A DNA stretch of 63,675 nucleotides from Patescibacteria group bacterium (GTDB taxonomy: Bacteria > Patescibacteriota > JACPGU01). The notes under the pieces were generated by a model. The model was not told where the DNA came from, searched no databases, and saw nothing but the letters and a program-made list of their open reading frames with translations. Positions 26,133-34,538 of the stretch are shown piece after piece; positions within the stretch are counted from its first letter, which is position 1; every line of letters starts with the position of its first letter. Both the position numbers and the translations under genes were made by a program. The stretch is from contig JAQULF010000004.1 in the NCBI GenBank assembly GCA_028718745.1, positions 1-63,675 on the forward strand, written 5' to 3'.

Positions 26133-26290
26133 ACCACATCATCGGCATCGGTCTTCTGGTCTTGCGTACGATTGTCGCCGTGGGAAGATATGTCTGGCGG
26201 CGATACACACGAAACCAAAGCCCCGCTCCCGAGAAAAAGGGTAAAACGATCACACTCGGACCCGCAAGCGGTCCGCACCTAAGAAGATGA
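26129..26290 (+). CDS. Small (53 aa) single-pass membrane protein (not in ORF track)
   Basis: ATGA overlap with the previous gene; MNHIIGIGLLVLRTIVAVG then RYVWRRYTR basic tail. Confidence 0.35.
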   Translation: MNHIIGIGLLVLRTIVAVGRYVWRRYTRNQSPAPEKKGKTITLGPASGPHLRR

Positions 26291-26318
26291 AAGCAATAAA
26301 AGTTGTTCTCTTTTTTTG

Positions 26319-26402
26319 CCCCAGTCAAATTTGAAAACTATTTGACAGGGTTTACCCTAGTCAAATCCCAATGCAGTTGGGAGCGAAGCTATTTGACAGG
26401 GT
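26319..26402. repeat. Alternating AGTCAAAT / ATTTGACAGGG word palindrome, overlapping the U32 stop
   Basis: cccAGTCAAAT..ATTTGACaggg-ttt-accctAGTCAAAT..ATTTGACaggg. Confidence 0.7.
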
Positions 26403-27894
26403 GAATTTTCTTTCTCAAAATAGATCGCTCCGGGATTTCTTTTTTCCTTGTCCCGGGTATTCCCGAGGGAGCATCAAATGTAACCCAAACTTTTTCTTGT
26501 GGTTTTAAAATTTCTTCTAATTCAGGTCCGGGTGAAAAATTTTGCGCCCCTATGTTTTTTCTAATTTCTTTAATCTTTGTTTTTATAATCTCATCCGGCG
26601 TTATAATTTCAACTTTATCGCCAACTTTAAATTTATTTTTTACTTCAACTAAATACAAATATGTTGGTTCCGAGTTCAACTCGGAACCTTGATGCGAACT
26701 AACAACCGAGATAATTTGTCCAATTGGAATTACCGGCGGCCTGAAAGCCGCTACATTATATTCCTGTTCGTAATCGTGGCGGCCAAGTAGAAATCCATGA
26801 CTGTAACCTCTATGCTGAATCATATTTAATTCTTTATAAAGATCTTTGATTAATTTTTGATATTTTTCTCTGTTCTTATCAAAGATCCTTGATTTTCTGT
26901 TGGGTACAACAGAAGCTCGAGGATGACAATATACATAATATGCATTGATTGCCTTGCGATAAATGCGGGTTACAACTGCTAAATAATAAATGCTCTTTGC
27001 TCGTCCTTCAATTTTTAAAGAATCAATTCCCGATTCGATAAATTTATCTAATATGTCGAGCGAACAAATCTCTTTTGAATTCATAAAATATGTACCATTC
27101 TCATCTTCTTGTACCTCAACCAAATCTCTCGGACGAGTTTCTTCTTCAAGAAAACATTCTTGAAGTCCGACATCAAGATTAATCTTGATGTCGGACTTCG
27201 GAACCATCTTGACTTTGTATTTCCAGCGACAGCTTTGCGCGCAATCACCAAGATTCGCTTCTCGGCCGGTAAAATATTTTGACAATAAACATCTCCCCGA
27301 ATATGCCATACACATCGCGCCATGGCCGAAAACCTCTAATTCAGGTATGGTCCCGATGTTCAACTTAGGGGAATCCCCTAAGTTGAACATCGGGGATTTG
27401 GCCATTCTCTTTTTAATTTCCTTAATTTCTTCCAGCGTTGTTTCTCTCGCTAAAACCACCCTCTGCGCACCCAGCTTACCCCACATCATAACCCCTTCAG
27501 AATTTAAGGTATTCGCTTGCGTAGAAATATGAATCTCAACTTTGGGTAGATATTTTTTAACTAATGAAAACATTCCTAAGTCTGAAACGATAACCCCATC
27601 AGGAGAGGCCTGTAATTTTATTTTAATTTCTTTTAGCGCTCTTTCAATTTCCTTGAGTTGATTTTCATGCGGAAAAACATTAAAAGTTAGATAAACCTTC
27701 ACCCCTCGCTCATGCGCAAACTTAATTCCTTCCTTCAAAGTTTTCAAAGTGAAAGTAATTTCACGGGGATTTCGCAAACTCCAAGAGGGGAGTCCGCAAT
27801 AAACCGCATCCGCGCCAAAAACAACGGCTGTTTTTAGCCGTTCTAAGTCTCCGGCTGGACAAAGAAGTTCAATTTTTTTAATAGCTTTTTTCAT
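26389..27894 (-). CDS. Peptidase U32 family protein
   Basis: ELLCPAGDLERLKTAVVFGADAVYCG, EVFGHGAMCMAYSGRCLLS; carries three in-frame repeat insertions. Confidence 0.88.
   Translation of the reverse strand: MKKAIKKIELLCPAGDLERLKTAVVFGADAVYCGLPSWSLRNPREITFTLKTLKEGIKFAHERGVKVYLTFNVFPHENQLKEIERALKEIKIKLQASPDGVIVSDLGMFSLVKKYLPKVEIHISTQANTLNSEGVMMWGKLGAQRVVLARETTLEEIKEIKKRMAKSPMFNLGDSPKLNIGTIPELEVFGHGAMCMAYSGRCLLSKYFTGREANLGDCAQSCRWKYKVKMVPKSDIKINLDVGLQECFLEEETRPRDLVEVQEDENGTYFMNSKEICSLDILDKFIESGIDSLKIEGRAKSIYYLAVVTRIYRKAINAYYVYCHPRASVVPNRKSRIFDKNREKYQKLIKDLYKELNMIQHRGYSHGFLLGRHDYEQEYNVAAFRPPVIPIGQIISVVSSHQGSELNSEPTYLYLVEVKNKFKVGDKVEIITPDEIIKTKIKEIRKNIGAQNFSPGPELEEILKPQEKVWVTFDAPSGIPGTRKKEIPERSILRKKIHPVK
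26530..26553 (-). repeat. Degenerate 24-nt REP-like palindrome in frame in the U32 gene
   Basis: Gene strand ATAG-GGGCGCAAAATTTTTCACCC translated IGAQNFSP; compare VGAQNFAP at 36474-36497. Confidence 0.6.
26881..26929. repeat. 49-nt hairpin element in frame in the U32 gene
   Basis: aaagatccttgattTTCTGTTGggtaCAACAGAAgctcgaggatgacaa; 46/49 match to intergenic 35126-35174; translated CHPRASVVPNRKSRIF. Confidence 0.8.
27352..27394. repeat. 43-nt perfect palindrome inside the U32 CDS
   Basis: CCCGATGTTCAACTTAGGGGA-A-TCCCCTAAGTTGAACATCGGG (21-nt arms), translated within SPMFNLGDSPKLNIGT. Confidence 0.85.
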
Positions 27895-27905
27895 AAAATT
27901 ATAGA

Positions 27906-28000
27906 GGGTCTACGAATTACGAATTTATTACGAATGTACGAATCCTTTTCTAATAGTTTTCTCTTATTCGTATATTCGTACCTATTCGTAATTCGTAGAC
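27906..28000 (+). repeat. ~97-bp TACGAAT palindromic element, copy 2
   Basis: Near-identical to 17248-17347, same orientation; in the divergent U32 / VirD4-like spacer. Confidence 0.8.
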
Positions 28001-28023
28001 TTATTATACCAGAATTCTTTCCC

Positions 28024-28052
28024 TTGCTCAAAGAGGAAGAGTGTGATAAATT
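28024..28052 (+). promoter_or_regulatory. Candidate extended -10 promoter for the VirD4-like gene
   Basis: TTGCTC, 17-nt spacer ending TGTGA, TAAATT. Confidence 0.4.
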
Positions 28053-28077
28053 TAACATAACAAAATAAACATAAAAA

Positions 28078-30591
28078 ATGAACCCATACGGCGGTAATTT
28101 AACTACAACCGGTACTGATACTTTTGGTGGGTTTATGTTGGCCATTTATTTGATCCTGGTAGCAATAGTCATTATCTCGGTGGCTATTTTATTTTACCGA
28201 TTTTATAAGGAAATGGCGTATGAAAAATCTAAAATTCCCAGATCTTTAAATATGGTTTTGCTCAAAGTTTTAATTACCAAGGGCAGTATGAAAGAAGGGG
28301 AGGAGAGCAAAAAAGGCGTTAAGGAATTTGCCGCTCGAGCCTCCCAAATGTTTTCTTCGCTTTATGCAATTCGCGATAATAAAATCTCGGTTTTTAATTA
28401 CGCTAAGGGAGGATTTCTTTCTTTTGAAATAGTTTCTCACGACGAAAAAATCGTTTTTTATGTCGGCATCCCGCGCCAACTTTTGACACTGGTTGAAAAA
28501 CAAATTTATGGTTTTTATCCTGATGCATCACTAGAACTGGTTGACCGCTATAATATCTTTGAAAAAAATAATAATTATGCCGCCGCGGAATTAAAATTGA
28601 CTGAAACACCTTCGCTGCCTCTAAAAATATATAAGGAGTTTGAGGAAGATACTCTTAACGCTATCACCTCGGCTCTGTCAAAATTAGCCAAAGAAGATGG
28701 TGCGGCGATACAAGTCCTAATTCGTCCGGCCAGCAACAAGTGGCAAAAAAATAGCGAATTTTATATCAAGCAATTACAGGAGGGAAAAAGCTTGAAGGGA
28801 ATAGATTTGTCCTGGAAAAAAGTAGGGGAGGAGGCCTTGAAATTTGGCGGGGAGTTAGCCCGCGCTCCTTTTCAAACTGACAAGGAAAAAAGACCGGAAG
28901 AAAAACCCAAGGGACCAAAGCCTTTGGGAGAACAGCAGATTAAATTGATTAATGAAAAACTGGCTTTTGTCGGGTTTGAAACTATAGTTCGCATAATTGT
29001 CAGCGCGCCCGAAAAAGCGACTGCCAAAATGCATCTTTCCAACATTTTGAGCACCTTCACCGTCTTTGGCCACGCTGTCGGCAACAAACTCATTACAAAT
29101 AAAAATAAAAGTGAGGACAAAGTTGTCGAAGATTTTATTTTTCGCCATTTTCCTTATGATGCCCGAAACAACATTTTGAATTCCGAAGAATTGGCTTCCG
29201 TATTTCATTTTCCTAATCGAACCATTGAGACGCCAAACATACTTTGGCTGCTCGGCAAACATGCGCCAGCACCCCCAGAGGTGCCAAAAGAAGGGCTTTT
29301 TCTGGGAATTAATACTTACCGAGGTGTTAAAACTCCGATTTATCTTAAACCTGAAGACCGCCTCCGCCACACTTATGTCATCGGTAAAACTGGTTCCGGT
29401 AAATCAACACTCCTCAAAGAAATGATTTTGCAGGATATTAAAAATGGAGAGGGGGTTTGCTTTATCGATCCTCATGGTTCGGATCTGGAAGATATTTTGA
29501 AAAGAATGCCCAAGGATCGAATTGAGGATGTGATTTATTTTAATCCGATTGATATGGAGCGCCCCATGGCTATTAACATGCTGGAAAATGATCCCAAAAA
29601 TCCATTGCAAAAAACGCTGGCGGTAAATGAACTTTTAAACATATTTGACAAACTTTATGATTTGAAAACTACCGGCGGGCCGATGTTTGAACAATATTTT
29701 CGTAATGCCGCGCTCCTTGTTATGGAGGATCCCGAAAGCGGTTCGACAATGCTAGAAATTCCTAAGGTTTTGACGGATGAAGATTTTCGCGCTTTTAAAC
29801 TCTCAAGATGCAATAATCCGATTATAAAAAATTACTGGCTCAAAGAAGCCGAGAAAGCCGGAGGGGACGCCGCGCTGCAAAATGTCGTTCCTTATATTAC
29901 CTCGAAGATGACGCAATTTCTAGCTAACGATCTGATGCGACCGATTATTGCCCAGCAAAAAAGTTCTTTTAATTTTCGAGAGATAATGGACAATAAAAAG
30001 ATTTTGCTGGTGAATTTGTCCAAGGGGCAAATAGGGGAGATGAATATGAGCCTTTTGGGACTGCTCATTGTCAGCAAAATTTATCTGGGCGCTATGAGCC
30101 GATCGGACGCGCCGAATATCCGCGATCTGCCGCCTTTTTACCTATATATAGATGAGTTTCAAAACTTTGCGTCCGAATCGATTGCCGGAATACTGGCCGA
30201 GGCTAGAAAATATAAATTGTCTTTGAATATCGCGCATCAATTCATCGGACAATTGGATAAAATTGAACTTGTAAAAAAAGCTATTTTTGGTAATGTGGGG
30301 ACAAGGGTTATTTTCCGCGTGGATGTGGAAGACGCCGAATTCCTGCAAAAAGGCTTTGAACCGGTTTTTAGTGCCAACGATATTGTTAATCTTAGCGAAT
30401 TTTCTTCTTATGTTTCATTACTGGCTAACGGAATAAATGTTAAACCTTTTTCGATGTATTCACGGCCCGATTTTGATAAAATAAATGCGGAGAAGAGCGA
30501 AAAAACATTCCAGGCCGTAAAAGAATTGTCCCGCATTAAATATGGCCGAGACAGAGAGACGGTAGAGAGGGAAATTAGGGAAAGAGCATAG
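28078..30591 (+). CDS. VirD4/TraD-like coupling-type ATPase (FtsK/HerA superfamily), membrane-anchored, paralog 1
   Basis: N-terminal TM; Walker A GKTGSGKST, IDPHGS, Walker B FYLYIDEFQNF, RKYKLSLNIAHQ. Confidence 0.8.
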   Translation: MNPYGGNLTTTGTDTFGGFMLAIYLILVAIVIISVAILFYRFYKEMAYEKSKIPRSLNMVLLKVLITKGSMKEGEESKKGVKEFAARASQMFSSLYAIRDNKISVFNYAKGGFLSFEIVSHDEKIVFYVGIPRQLLTLVEKQIYGFYPDASLELVDRYNIFEKNNNYAAAELKLTETPSLPLKIYKEFEEDTLNAITSALSKLAKEDGAAIQVLIRPASNKWQKNSEFYIKQLQEGKSLKGIDLSWKKVGEEALKFGGELARAPFQTDKEKRPEEKPKGPKPLGEQQIKLINEKLAFVGFETIVRIIVSAPEKATAKMHLSNILSTFTVFGHAVGNKLITNKNKSEDKVVEDFIFRHFPYDARNNILNSEELASVFHFPNRTIETPNILWLLGKHAPAPPEVPKEGLFLGINTYRGVKTPIYLKPEDRLRHTYVIGKTGSGKSTLLKEMILQDIKNGEGVCFIDPHGSDLEDILKRMPKDRIEDVIYFNPIDMERPMAINMLENDPKNPLQKTLAVNELLNIFDKLYDLKTTGGPMFEQYFRNAALLVMEDPESGSTMLEIPKVLTDEDFRAFKLSRCNNPIIKNYWLKEAEKAGGDAALQNVVPYITSKMTQFLANDLMRPIIAQQKSSFNFREIMDNKKILLVNLSKGQIGEMNMSLLGLLIVSKIYLGAMSRSDAPNIRDLPPFYLYIDEFQNFASESIAGILAEARKYKLSLNIAHQFIGQLDKIELVKKAIFGNVGTRVIFRVDVEDAEFLQKGFEPVFSANDIVNLSEFSSYVSLLANGINVKPFSMYSRPDFDKINAEKSEKTFQAVKELSRIKYGRDRETVEREIRERA

Positions 30592-30595
30592 TAAG

Positions 30596-30711
30596 TTGAA
30601 AATTGAAAAATCAAAATGTAAAATGACAGATTAAAGTCTTAAAATGTTTTTAACTAATAATTTTTACATTTTACATTGACATTTTGATTTTTGATATTTG
30701 ATTTTTACATT
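30596..30711. repeat. Intergenic word palindrome (AAAATGTAAAATG / CATTTTACATT)
   Basis: ttgaaaattgaaaaatcaaaatgtaaaatgaca ... tttttacattttacattgacattttgatttttgatatttgatttttacat. Confidence 0.75.
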
Positions 30712-30723
30712 AAAATAAAAGAT

Positions 30724-32790
30724 ATGAAAAACATCAAAAAACTAGTTTATATTTATTTGGCCTTAATTCTTCTGGTTTATCTTTTTGTTCCTTTAACCGC
30801 AAGAGCCGCGAATTTCGGCAGTGTTAATTTGGTCGGTGCAACTTCAGCAGGAATAAATGTAGGGCAAAGCTACAGTTTTCAATTAGCAGTGAATGATGGT
30901 TCTCCGGCTGATTTTAAAATTGATAATATAACCGAAATTGATTTATATAAAAAAGAAGGATTAAGCACACAATCAGGGTTTGGCGGCCAGCAATTAATCA
31001 CCAGCGTTACGGGTTTATCCAGCGCAGATAAGGATGTCAAGGCGCGATTCGAAAATTTTTCAGCTGTTGTCGTGTCGGGATCCCAAGTCAGTAGTGTTCA
31101 AATTTATGCCGTAATAAATTATCTTACTCTCGCTTTTCAACCGGCCAGTTTCACCACCAACTCAACTACTTACCAAGTCGGTAGTGTTCAAACTCCAACT
31201 ACCGGAGGCAGCACTTTAACGCCGCCACCGGCGACAACCGGCGGAAACACCGTTGTTAACCCCAATCTAAATTCAACCCAGCCAACAATCTCTCTCGGTA
31301 ATTTTTCCAGTTATATTATAGGAGGTTCTTGCAGTGCAGGTATAATTGCCTGCTTATCAGATAGGGCTATTAGATTATTTATAGCCGTTGCCTCAATCGG
31401 TTCTATTTTTATGATTATCTGGGGCGGTATTTTACTCATCACTTCAGCTGGAGACACAAAGAAAGTTGCCACCGGCCGATTGGCCATAACCGGAGCGATT
31501 ATTGGCTTGATAATAGTTTTGCTTTCCTATTCTATTGAACAGTTCGTAGAAAAAACTTTCACCGGGCAATCCACCGGAATTACTTCCATAGGAACGGGGT
31601 CAGGTGAGACAACTATGGCTAAATCATTATCCAATACGGCCACAGTACCGGGCAATGTTAATTATGATGTTATTTATACAAGAACCGGAACGCTCATATC
31701 AGCCGCGCAGGCAAAAGATAATGGCAGCACTTGCAACACTGTTACGATCGAAGGAAAAACCCTGCCTTGCGGGGGTATTAGAAGCGGAATAAAAGACTAT
31801 TATCCTGATGTGCGTGGGATAAATTTGAATTCAGACGGCAAAATGGAAGTCTACTATATAAAAACAGCCGGCTCCGCGCAGATATTCTACGATACTTGGA
31901 CACCCGCCTTATCAGCGCCAATCATTGCGCCACCACCTTCGACAGCAGGCGGAACTGGTCAGGAAGGCTCTTCCGGTTCCGGCGGAGGGACAACAGCATT
32001 GCCAAACATCCAAACCATTTCTTATAAAAGCGGAACTTATATAGGACAATTATCCGGTGGTGTTCCAAATGGGCAAGGGAAATATGAATTCGCCGGGCAA
32101 TTGATTTATGATGGACAATGGAGAAACGGGGTGATCAGCGGACAAGGGATTTACTATGGAAAAGGAACAAATACCAAACTTCAAAATTTTGTACAGGCTG
32201 CCTCAAATAATTCCTATGGGACGAGTGTAGCCTTTGAAAATCCTATTTGCGAAGCCCGAGGAGGTGGAACTTATGAATCAGATCCAGATGCTTGGGGAAT
32301 ACCAAGGGATCTTAAAAATATAATAGCTAACCCAGCCATAGGAAGCGCTTATTCTATTTTTTCTCAATGTTATTTAAAAAAAATAGACGGACTTCAATTA
32401 TTATACGGAGCTGGAACGGGATTTACGCCTTTTTCAAAAATTATACAGGCACATCGTACTTGCGGAGTTTTAAAAGGAATTATAGAAAGTGATTTTGAAC
32501 AAACTGGCAACTTTAACGAAGGAGGTATTTTTCAAGGAGGGCAACAAATTGGCACTTGGGAGCCATTGGGTTATGACATACAACCTCAATACATAAAAAC
32601 CTATTATTCTATGCCAAATAAGAAGCCTGACGGCTCATTCCAATATATATTATTAGAGAAGGATTGGAGTTATAATAATGATTGCTGTGGCTCTTATTTC
32701 CTTAGCAAGTGGGCTTATGTAAAAATATTTTCCAATGATAATGAAAAAAATGCTTATAGAATGACAAATTGCTCGGGTCTACCATATTAA
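30724..32790 (+). CDS. Large secreted/membrane protein: N-terminal domain + T4SS-pilin (TrbC/VirB2-like) two-TM module + C-terminal MORN-repeat region
   Basis: Signal peptide; IFMIIWGGILLITSAGDTKKVATGRLAITGAIIGLIIVLLSY; YIGQLSGGVPNGQGKYEF..YDGQWRNGVISGQGIYY. Start moved to ATG 30724 because 30691-30723 is repeat-encoded. Confidence 0.7.
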   Translation: MKNIKKLVYIYLALILLVYLFVPLTARAANFGSVNLVGATSAGINVGQSYSFQLAVNDGSPADFKIDNITEIDLYKKEGLSTQSGFGGQQLITSVTGLSSADKDVKARFENFSAVVVSGSQVSSVQIYAVINYLTLAFQPASFTTNSTTYQVGSVQTPTTGGSTLTPPPATTGGNTVVNPNLNSTQPTISLGNFSSYIIGGSCSAGIIACLSDRAIRLFIAVASIGSIFMIIWGGILLITSAGDTKKVATGRLAITGAIIGLIIVLLSYSIEQFVEKTFTGQSTGITSIGTGSGETTMAKSLSNTATVPGNVNYDVIYTRTGTLISAAQAKDNGSTCNTVTIEGKTLPCGGIRSGIKDYYPDVRGINLNSDGKMEVYYIKTAGSAQIFYDTWTPALSAPIIAPPPSTAGGTGQEGSSGSGGGTTALPNIQTISYKSGTYIGQLSGGVPNGQGKYEFAGQLIYDGQWRNGVISGQGIYYGKGTNTKLQNFVQAASNNSYGTSVAFENPICEARGGGTYESDPDAWGIPRDLKNIIANPAIGSAYSIFSQCYLKKIDGLQLLYGAGTGFTPFSKIIQAHRTCGVLKGIIESDFEQTGNFNEGGIFQGGQQIGTWEPLGYDIQPQYIKTYYSMPNKKPDGSFQYILLEKDWSYNNDCCGSYFLSKWAYVKIFSNDNEKNAYRMTNCSGLPY

Positions 32791-32825
32791 GCGAAAGATC
32801 TAAAAATCACTCTAAAAATCTATAT

Positions 32826-32869
32826 TAAACCTCTTTATAAATAAAAACTATTGCGCTATTATTATTTTT
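32826..32869 (+). repeat. 44-bp direct repeat, left copy (flanks the RAYT unit)
   Basis: TAAACCTCTTTATAAATAAAAACTATTGCGCTATTATTATTTTT, identical to 33652-33695. Confidence 0.85.
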
Positions 32870-32930
32870 ATTGCAAGCAATCCTAAAAACAAACAATATG
32901 CCAAGAAATACAAAAATTATTGTAAACTGT

Positions 32931-32957
32931 GTTGGCTCCATGCTCCTGCGTGGAGCC
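32931..32957 (+). repeat. REP hairpin, left flank of RAYT
   Basis: GTTG-GCTCCATG-CTCCTG-CGTGGAGC-C; exact reverse complement at 33559-33585. Confidence 0.85.
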
Positions 32958-33001
32958 TAAATGTTCAATAAAGCATTAAAAACATTTTAGACAAAAATAA
33001 A

Positions 33002-33541
33002 ATGCCCACACCAAGAGTAAATAAAGAAAATGAAAGTTTCCCTCATTTTGTAACTATAACTACCATTGAGTGGTTGGATATTTTTACCAAAAAAGAATAC
33101 TTTGAGATTATGATAGATTGTCTGAAATACTGCCGAGACAAATTAGGTCTTTTGCTTTATGAGTATGTCTTTATGACCAATCACATTCACTTAATAATCC
33201 AATCTAAAGAAGGATATAAACTATCTCAAATAATAAGCAGTTTCAAACAATTCACCAGTAAGAGAATATTAGACGAATTAGAGAAAGATCATAGAAAATA
33301 TATTTTAAAAATAATAGAAAATAGCTTTAGCAAAAAGGAAGGAACACAAATTCAAATCTGGCAGAGAGAAAACTACCCGGAGGTTTTAGAAACGGAAAAA
33401 TTTATGGATCAAAAGATTGACTATATTTATAATAATCCAGTTAAAAAAGGTTATGTAGAAAAACCGGAAGATTGGACTTATTCTTCGGCAAGAAATAAAT
33501 TTTTAGACGACAACAGCGTTATTACTCTAGATGATTTTTAA
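33002..33541 (+). CDS. REP-associated tyrosine transposase (RAYT; IS200/IS605 Y1 HUH family)
   Basis: HUH motif FMTNHIHLII; catalytic-Tyr block IDYIYNNPVKKGYV; 179 aa; flanked by inverted REPs. Confidence 0.85.
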   Translation: MPTPRVNKENESFPHFVTITTIEWLDIFTKKEYFEIMIDCLKYCRDKLGLLLYEYVFMTNHIHLIIQSKEGYKLSQIISSFKQFTSKRILDELEKDHRKYILKIIENSFSKKEGTQIQIWQRENYPEVLETEKFMDQKIDYIYNNPVKKGYVEKPEDWTYSSARNKFLDDNSVITLDDF

Positions 33542-33558
33542 TACCCATGGTGCATTTT

Positions 33559-33585
33559 GGCTCCACGCAGGAGCATGGAGCCAAC
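33559..33585 (-). repeat. REP hairpin, right flank of RAYT
   Basis: GGCTCCACGCAGGAGCATGGAGCCAAC is the perfect 27-nt inverted copy of 32931-32957. Confidence 0.85.
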
Positions 33586-33651
33586 ATCCGGAAAATTAAA
33601 AAGGGAGGATTGTTAGTAGGTATTTTAATTAAAATGATTTTAATTCAGTCC

Positions 33652-33695
33652 TAAACCTCTTTATAAATAAAAACTATTGCGCTATTATTATTTTT
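33652..33695 (+). repeat. 44-bp direct repeat, right copy
   Basis: Identical to 32826-32869; here it continues into a TATAAT box. Confidence 0.85.
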
Positions 33696-33705
33696 GTGTT
33701 ATAAT
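33677..33705 (+). promoter_or_regulatory. Sigma-70-type promoter partly contained in the duplicated 44-mer
   Basis: TTGCGC, 17-nt spacer, TATAAT; the left copy of the 44-mer has the -35 but no -10. Confidence 0.55.
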
Positions 33706-33742
33706 CATTACTACGAATGGGCAGGGGAGGGGACATGCTGAT

Positions 33743-33780
33743 TTATTCGTATATTCGTACCAATTCGTAATTTGTAGACC
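33743..33780 (+). repeat. Right-arm-only remnant of the TACGAAT element
   Basis: tttattcgtatattcgtaccaattcgtaatttgtagacc matches the right arm of the 17248/27906/54846 elements. Confidence 0.6.
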
Positions 33781-33863
33781 TTTTGTAATTTGTGAACCTA
33801 TAAAATATTTTAGCTAAAACAACACAAGAATAACAATAAAATATAAAGTAAAAGGAAATAAAA

Positions 33864-34418
33864 ATGATAACAAACAACAAAACAGCGGGGGACTCAAACC
33901 TCGATATTGTGCGACATTTACTGGAATCGGCTGAAGCGCAAATCAGAAGCGCAAAACAGCTTTTGGATGGCGGAGCGACAAAAGGAAAAAGATTAAAGAA
34001 AGCTGATCTGGAACATAAAATTTCGGAATTAAATATAATCTCTGAAGGCAGAATCATCGAAGGTATTTTTGATGGTGAAATGATGATTGGGCCGGAAAAA
34101 AAGAAATATCCGGTACCGGCAAACTACGCTTCAAAATCCAAATTTGTAGCTGGAGATGTTTTGAAATTAACCATTGAAGAAGACGGTTCTTTCGTTTATA
34201 AACAAATCAAACCAATTGACCGCAAACGCCTTGTAGGCTCATTATTGTACGAAGATGGCCAATATAAGGTCCTAGCCGGCGGAAAGGCCTATAAAGTGCT
34301 ATTAGCGTCGGTTACATACTTTAAGTTAAAGCCCGGCGACGGCGTTACTGTAGCCGTACCGTCCGAAGAAGATTCCGACTGGGCAGCAATAGAGTCCGCA
34401 GCGATAAATGAGGAATAA
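33864..34418 (+). CDS. Hypothetical protein
   Basis: 184-aa ORF with core-genome (AT-rich) composition, downstream of the promoter at 33677. Confidence 0.55.
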   Translation: MITNNKTAGDSNLDIVRHLLESAEAQIRSAKQLLDGGATKGKRLKKADLEHKISELNIISEGRIIEGIFDGEMMIGPEKKKYPVPANYASKSKFVAGDVLKLTIEEDGSFVYKQIKPIDRKRLVGSLLYEDGQYKVLAGGKAYKVLLASVTYFKLKPGDGVTVAVPSEEDSDWAAIESAAINEE

Positions 34419-34424
34419 ATAAAA

Positions 34425-34476
34425 GTAGTAAGTAGTAAGCATGTAAGTAGTATGTAGGGGCGCATTGCATGCGCCC
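34425..34476 (+). repeat. GTAG word array ending in a REP-like GTAG + palindrome
   Basis: gtagtaagtagtaagcatgtaagtagtat-GTAG-GGGCGCAT-TGC-ATGCGCCC. Confidence 0.8.
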
Positions 34477-34538
34477 AGAAAGTTTGTTCTTTGAAATAAA
34501 AGAAATATACTCATCAACGGATGAAAGAGGTGAAAAAA

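Noticed and set aside
30691-30723. ORF-track N-terminal extensions (30691-30723, 41956-41982, 46683-46715, 15837-15908, 17931-17975)
   Set aside because: These codons are encoded by intergenic repeat elements or promoters and start at TTG or poor contexts. Internal ATGs give canonical N-termini.
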